From a virus (taxonomy: Duplodnaviria > Caudoviricetes), in the IMG/VR virus record IMGVR_UViG_3300032007_000014: 64,000 nt of DNA; one strand, written 5' to 3'. The translations under genes and the position numbers were made by a program. Shown piece after piece: positions 60,353 to 64,000 of the stretch. Within the stretch, counting starts at the first letter, position 1. Every line of letters begins with the position of its first letter. The notes under the pieces were generated by a model. It was not told where the DNA came from. It saw only the letters and a program-made list of their open reading frames with translations, and did no database searches.

Positions 60353-61156
60353 TTATTTGTGATCAAACAGTGCACCGAAGATCGAAACGTTGCCTTTTTC
60401 GGAGACAAGCTGATTGCCAGGTGCCCGTGTCATAATAATGTTTTTGACGCGAACGGAATCACATCCGAATGCATCAAGAACCTGCTGGTCCTGTATGATC
60501 GATTCGTGACCAACTGACTGAAGGGCTTCCATAGCAGATGCATAGTCTTGCTTGCCGACAGTAATGTCGATGGACTCATTGGATGCATCTTGATCACGGA
60601 AACGCTTACTGGCTTTCAGGAAGCCAGGACCATCGACAGCATCGAATGTCACAAGTGCGAGCATTTCTTTGCGTGTGTTGGGACCAGACTGTCCGATCAC
60701 ACGAGCTGCCGATCTCAGAGAGAACGACGTATTGCGACGTCCATCCTCAAAGGATTCTTTCAAATACTGACCATACGGTCCGTATGGCACGATGTCGCCA
60801 TACACCATGATCGTGTTGTCAGTTTCCACACCATACACTTTCGTGAAGTAGTGTGAGACTCTGGTACGATCAATGTAGAGCAATCTCGGGAGATCATCTT
60901 TGGTTTTGATGAGAGGATGACCCCACTCACCTTCCATGTCTCCAGACTGCACATTCGCCGCGAAGCGTCCCTGAAGATTGGTGATGCATGCAAGGACTGA
61001 TTCTCTGGTGTAATCAACTTTGTTGCGAGATGCAACTCCGATGACCGTCAGAGGGATTCCTTTATACACACCATTCTTGTCAGGCTTGACTGCTTGCAAC
61101 TGGCGACCTTCCATCTCCAGTTCGGTAGAGATGGAAAAACAGACTTGTTTTTCCAT
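60353..61156 (-). CDS. Prohead protease (phiKZ gp175-like)
   Basis: GEWGHP, FSLRS, TFDAVDGPG motifs and C-terminal SNE/AME/GHE self-cleavage-type sites. Confidence 0.85.
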   Translation of the reverse strand: MEKQVCFSISTELEMEGRQLQAVKPDKNGVYKGIPLTVIGVASRNKVDYTRESVLACITNLQGRFAANVQSGDMEGEWGHPLIKTKDDLPRLLYIDRTRVSHYFTKVYGVETDNTIMVYGDIVPYGPYGQYLKESFEDGRRNTSFSLRSAARVIGQSGPNTRKEMLALVTFDAVDGPGFLKASKRFRDQDASNESIDITVGKQDYASAMEALQSVGHESIIQDQQVLDAFGCDSVRVKNIIMTRAPGNQLVSEKGNVSIFGALFDHK

Positions 61157-61173
61157 TGCTTCTCCTTGAATGG

Positions 61174-61860
61174 TTATTTTCTCAGAATGTCTTCAATCTG
61201 ACTCGGTGACTCATTCTCATTGACAAGTGCAGCATTGACACCTTCATTGAAATAAGCACCGACGATACGAGAAGTTGTAGATGTTGCAGCATGTGCAACA
61301 TCATTCAACGGAATGCGTGTGAAATCACCAGTCATCTTATCATTACGATAAGCTTTGGTGAAATCATTCGGACATCTGGTGAGGTGTGCGAAGATGGCTT
61401 CGTATGTTGCATGATCAACAGGGAAACCAATGCCAGATGTGGCAATCAGTCTGTCGAAAATGAAAGCCTGATCTTCATACTTGATTGCTTTCAAGGTGTT
61501 GGCGAATTTCACGAATTCAATCCAAACAATGAATGCAATGTTTGAATCAAGAACAACTTTCGTTGTCTTCATGAAAGTATCACCTTTGTGGAAGATCAGT
61601 TTCACACGAGGTCTGTCACCAGAATTGTCATTGACCACTTCAGAAGGAAACATCTCAATGTGAGAAACAAGGAACATTCCTGACTGTATTCCATCCACAA
61701 CCATATCGAAAACACCGAGAGTCTTGACAGACTCTCCAACGGTCAAGCAACCGTACTGTTCCAATTTTTTGAGGATGGAGACTTCGCAAGTTTCACCTTC
61801 GAAGATAACAGGACTGTCTTTGTCCTTCTGAGAGAATTTCTTCAAAACTTCAACATTCAT
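61174..61860 (-). CDS. Conserved phiKZ-like protein upstream of the prohead protease
   Basis: 228 aa ending SQIEDILRK; synteny. Confidence 0.55.
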   Translation of the reverse strand: MNVEVLKKFSQKDKDSPVIFEGETCEVSILKKLEQYGCLTVGESVKTLGVFDMVVDGIQSGMFLVSHIEMFPSEVVNDNSGDRPRVKLIFHKGDTFMKTTKVVLDSNIAFIVWIEFVKFANTLKAIKYEDQAFIFDRLIATSGIGFPVDHATYEAIFAHLTRCPNDFTKAYRNDKMTGDFTRIPLNDVAHAATSTTSRIVGAYFNEGVNAALVNENESPSQIEDILRK

Positions 61861-61879
61861 TATTCCGATTCTCCCTCAC

Positions 61880-63223
61880 TTAAAACATGAAATCCAACAG
61901 GATCACACCATGTTCGACAGATTGGTTGAATACATCCAGATTTCTTCTGGAGGAATATGTGATACTGTTACACATATAATTGTGTCCGCTCTCCAGGGGC
62001 TTTGCCCAGTTCTGGCGATTGACATTGATCACAGAGTAACGATCTTTCACAAATTCTTTGAATGAAGAAGCGATGTATTTCTGCGGATCGAATTCATCAA
62101 AGTTCTGAATGAAATGTCCTCCACCATACTGGATCCTTGTATAATCAAGGATAGTCTTGGACGACAAATCATAAGCAAGTCCGCCTACATATCCAGGGAA
62201 CTTGAAAGAGTTGTCACTGATTCTCATGATAGGTTCATGATAACCAATGGTGATCTTTGCGTTAATGAGAATCAAGAAACTGTTCTCACATTTCATCAAA
62301 TCAAATTCACCATCATCTTTGATGATTGTGGTATTTGGTTCAAAGTCATAGAGACATTGTTTCTTGTCCGCTCTCATGTATGGAGTGAACCTACTCTTCT
62401 CGAATGAGATGGTTCTACTGGAAAGACGTCTGAATTCATGAGGAAGAAACAATCTTCCATCTAACACCAAGAGAACGGATTTACCTGACATGGTGTATCC
62501 AGATGGTAAATTGAACTTACTGATAGTTCCAGAACATTCTTTCAGTTTCACACATTCGATAGATCCTGCAGGTGTGAAATCAATCAAGATATGACCTGCA
62601 TTTCTATCTGTCAGATTGCGACAAAGACGCGCACCTTCTTCTCCATAAAGAACACTGTTCACAACATGTGGATAACAGAAGTATCCGTTACACACGGGAA
62701 TTGTGTTATTGAAGTTGATGTAGTTTCCTTTCTTACAGGAGAACGTAGCATCTGGTGTTGAACGTCTGAAATGATACCTGTCATTGTAATTTGGTTTGGT
62801 TACAGAACCGTGTCCAATTGTGATGAAAGTATCAACGCTCGCTGCAACAATGTTTAGTTGATGATCTCCGATCAATGACAGACCGTGTTTGATGAATGAG
62901 AGATCTTTGACTCTATCATTAATGATCATGTAGGAAGGAACTGGTATGTTGTTGTTCACATAATTGGAAAGATCGTAACCATTGGATTCAAGATTATCCA
63001 ATATGTCAACAAGAGCTTCCCAATCGGAACACACATTGATTCCTTGCACAGCATTGAACATCTTGCAGTAATCGACAGCACATGTGAAATCATCACCTTT
63101 CAGATACAGATAAACTGGACCTGTTGTGATGAAAGATGTGTTCACTTCATTCACGGTCAACGCATCACAGCTGTACAGTTTTGCACAACCGTCTCGAATA
63201 TGGATCATACCCAATATCTTCAT
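61880..63223 (-). CDS. Putative virion structural protein
   Basis: 447 aa; NTIPVCNGYF and LLVLDGRL segments. Confidence 0.45.
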   Translation of the reverse strand: MKILGMIHIRDGCAKLYSCDALTVNEVNTSFITTGPVYLYLKGDDFTCAVDYCKMFNAVQGINVCSDWEALVDILDNLESNGYDLSNYVNNNIPVPSYMIINDRVKDLSFIKHGLSLIGDHQLNIVAASVDTFITIGHGSVTKPNYNDRYHFRRSTPDATFSCKKGNYINFNNTIPVCNGYFCYPHVVNSVLYGEEGARLCRNLTDRNAGHILIDFTPAGSIECVKLKECSGTISKFNLPSGYTMSGKSVLLVLDGRLFLPHEFRRLSSRTISFEKSRFTPYMRADKKQCLYDFEPNTTIIKDDGEFDLMKCENSFLILINAKITIGYHEPIMRISDNSFKFPGYVGGLAYDLSSKTILDYTRIQYGGGHFIQNFDEFDPQKYIASSFKEFVKDRYSVINVNRQNWAKPLESGHNYMCNSITYSSRRNLDVFNQSVEHGVILLDFMF

Positions 63224-63322
63224 GTGTTCACCTTGATTTTTGCCTTAAAAATAATGCATAAGATGGTCGATAGGCTGGATTTCTCCAGCCTATCGCCCAC
63301 TGTTGAAAGGAAAAGAATGAGG

Positions 63323-64000
63323 TTACTGTTGATTGTTCTTCGCTTCAGCAGCTTTGTTGGCATTCACATAGCGAACGATCTTCTGCTGCGTTCTGAAAAG
63401 ATGTGCTTCAACAGTTTTGTAGCAACGGTCTGCATCTCTGAGAATCTTGAAGATGTCGGAGTAGACAGCCCAAAGATCAGAGGTACCATAGTTCCCCTTC
63501 TTGGCTTCAGCATCTCCGAGTCTCTTGTTCGCTGCTGCAAATTTGTCGAGCTCCTTGTAGAAGTTCATGACATTGCGAGCAACGTCCTGGGCGAGATCGG
63601 AGATGTTTCCGACAGTGTAGCCGAGTTCCTTGTAGGTCTTTCCGGCAACACGTTTCGTGATCAGGTTGGCGAAGAAAGTCTGTGCCTCTTCATTGCCAAG
63701 AACCGATGCATCGAATTTCTCTTTGATGTCGGCAATTGTTTCTTGATCCATGTCATTCAGGTTCTCAGTCGGAACCTTGCTGTACTTCTGGATCACACCC
63801 ATGTACTTGTTCGCCATGGCGATAGCATTCTTCAGACTGTCAACTGCAAGTTTCGCAGTCTTGTAGTCGAAGGTTGCATAAGAAACAACCGTGTTCTCAA
63901 GTTCAGCTTTCTGAACACTGGTGAGTTCATCCGCCTGTTCTTTCAAGACCTTGATGCATTCTTTGCGTTCGAACTCGAACGAAAGGAACAGCTGAACTCT
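63323..64000 (-). CDS. C-terminal part of a probable internal head protein (starts beyond the window)
   Basis: Frame open to the window edge; KTYKELGY matches KTFAELGY (31006 gene) and KTTKELGF (19948 gene). Confidence 0.55.
   Translation of the reverse strand, partial: RVQLFLSFEFERKECIKVLKEQADELTSVQKAELENTVVSYATFDYKTAKLAVDSLKNAIAMANKYMGVIQKYSKVPTENLNDMDQETIADIKEKFDASVLGNEEAQTFFANLITKRVAGKTYKELGYTVGNISDLAQDVARNVMNFYKELDKFAAANKRLGDAEAKKGNYGTSDLWAVYSDIFKILRDADRCYKTVEAHLFRTQQKIVRYVNANKAAEAKNNQQ

Overview
This 64-kb window is part of a phiKZ-like (Chimalliviridae-type, probably nucleus-forming) jumbo phage genome. Recognisable core genes include a chimallin-like shell protein next to the non-virion RNAP beta' N-terminal gene, SbcD and SbcC, UvsX/RecA, a DnaB helicase, the major capsid protein, the N-terminal half of a split family-B DNA polymerase, RuvC, an NAD-dependent ligase, the large terminase, a gp175-type prohead protease, internal head proteins, tail-fibre-like proteins and two tRNAs. 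The main observation is that the RNAP beta' gene, which the ORF track shows only as fragments, can be rebuilt as four exons separated by three group I introns. One exon is an 18-nt micro-exon (6117-6134, minus strand) encoding P-N-A-D-F-D, most of the catalytic NADFDGD motif. A fourth, ORF-less group I intron splits motif A of the DNA polymerase. Other points: three tail-accessory genes each preceded by the same covarying 27-28-bp palindrome (one gene carries an in-frame amber); an active/inactive ClpP-like pair beside the prohead protease; a u-spanin-like lipoprotein; a ~1.1-kb structured non-coding tract between the tRNAs with a tRNA-like CCA end; and a bipartite early-promoter-like motif TCA-N15-TATATYAY. 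All family assignments come from motifs and recalled synteny; no database search was run.
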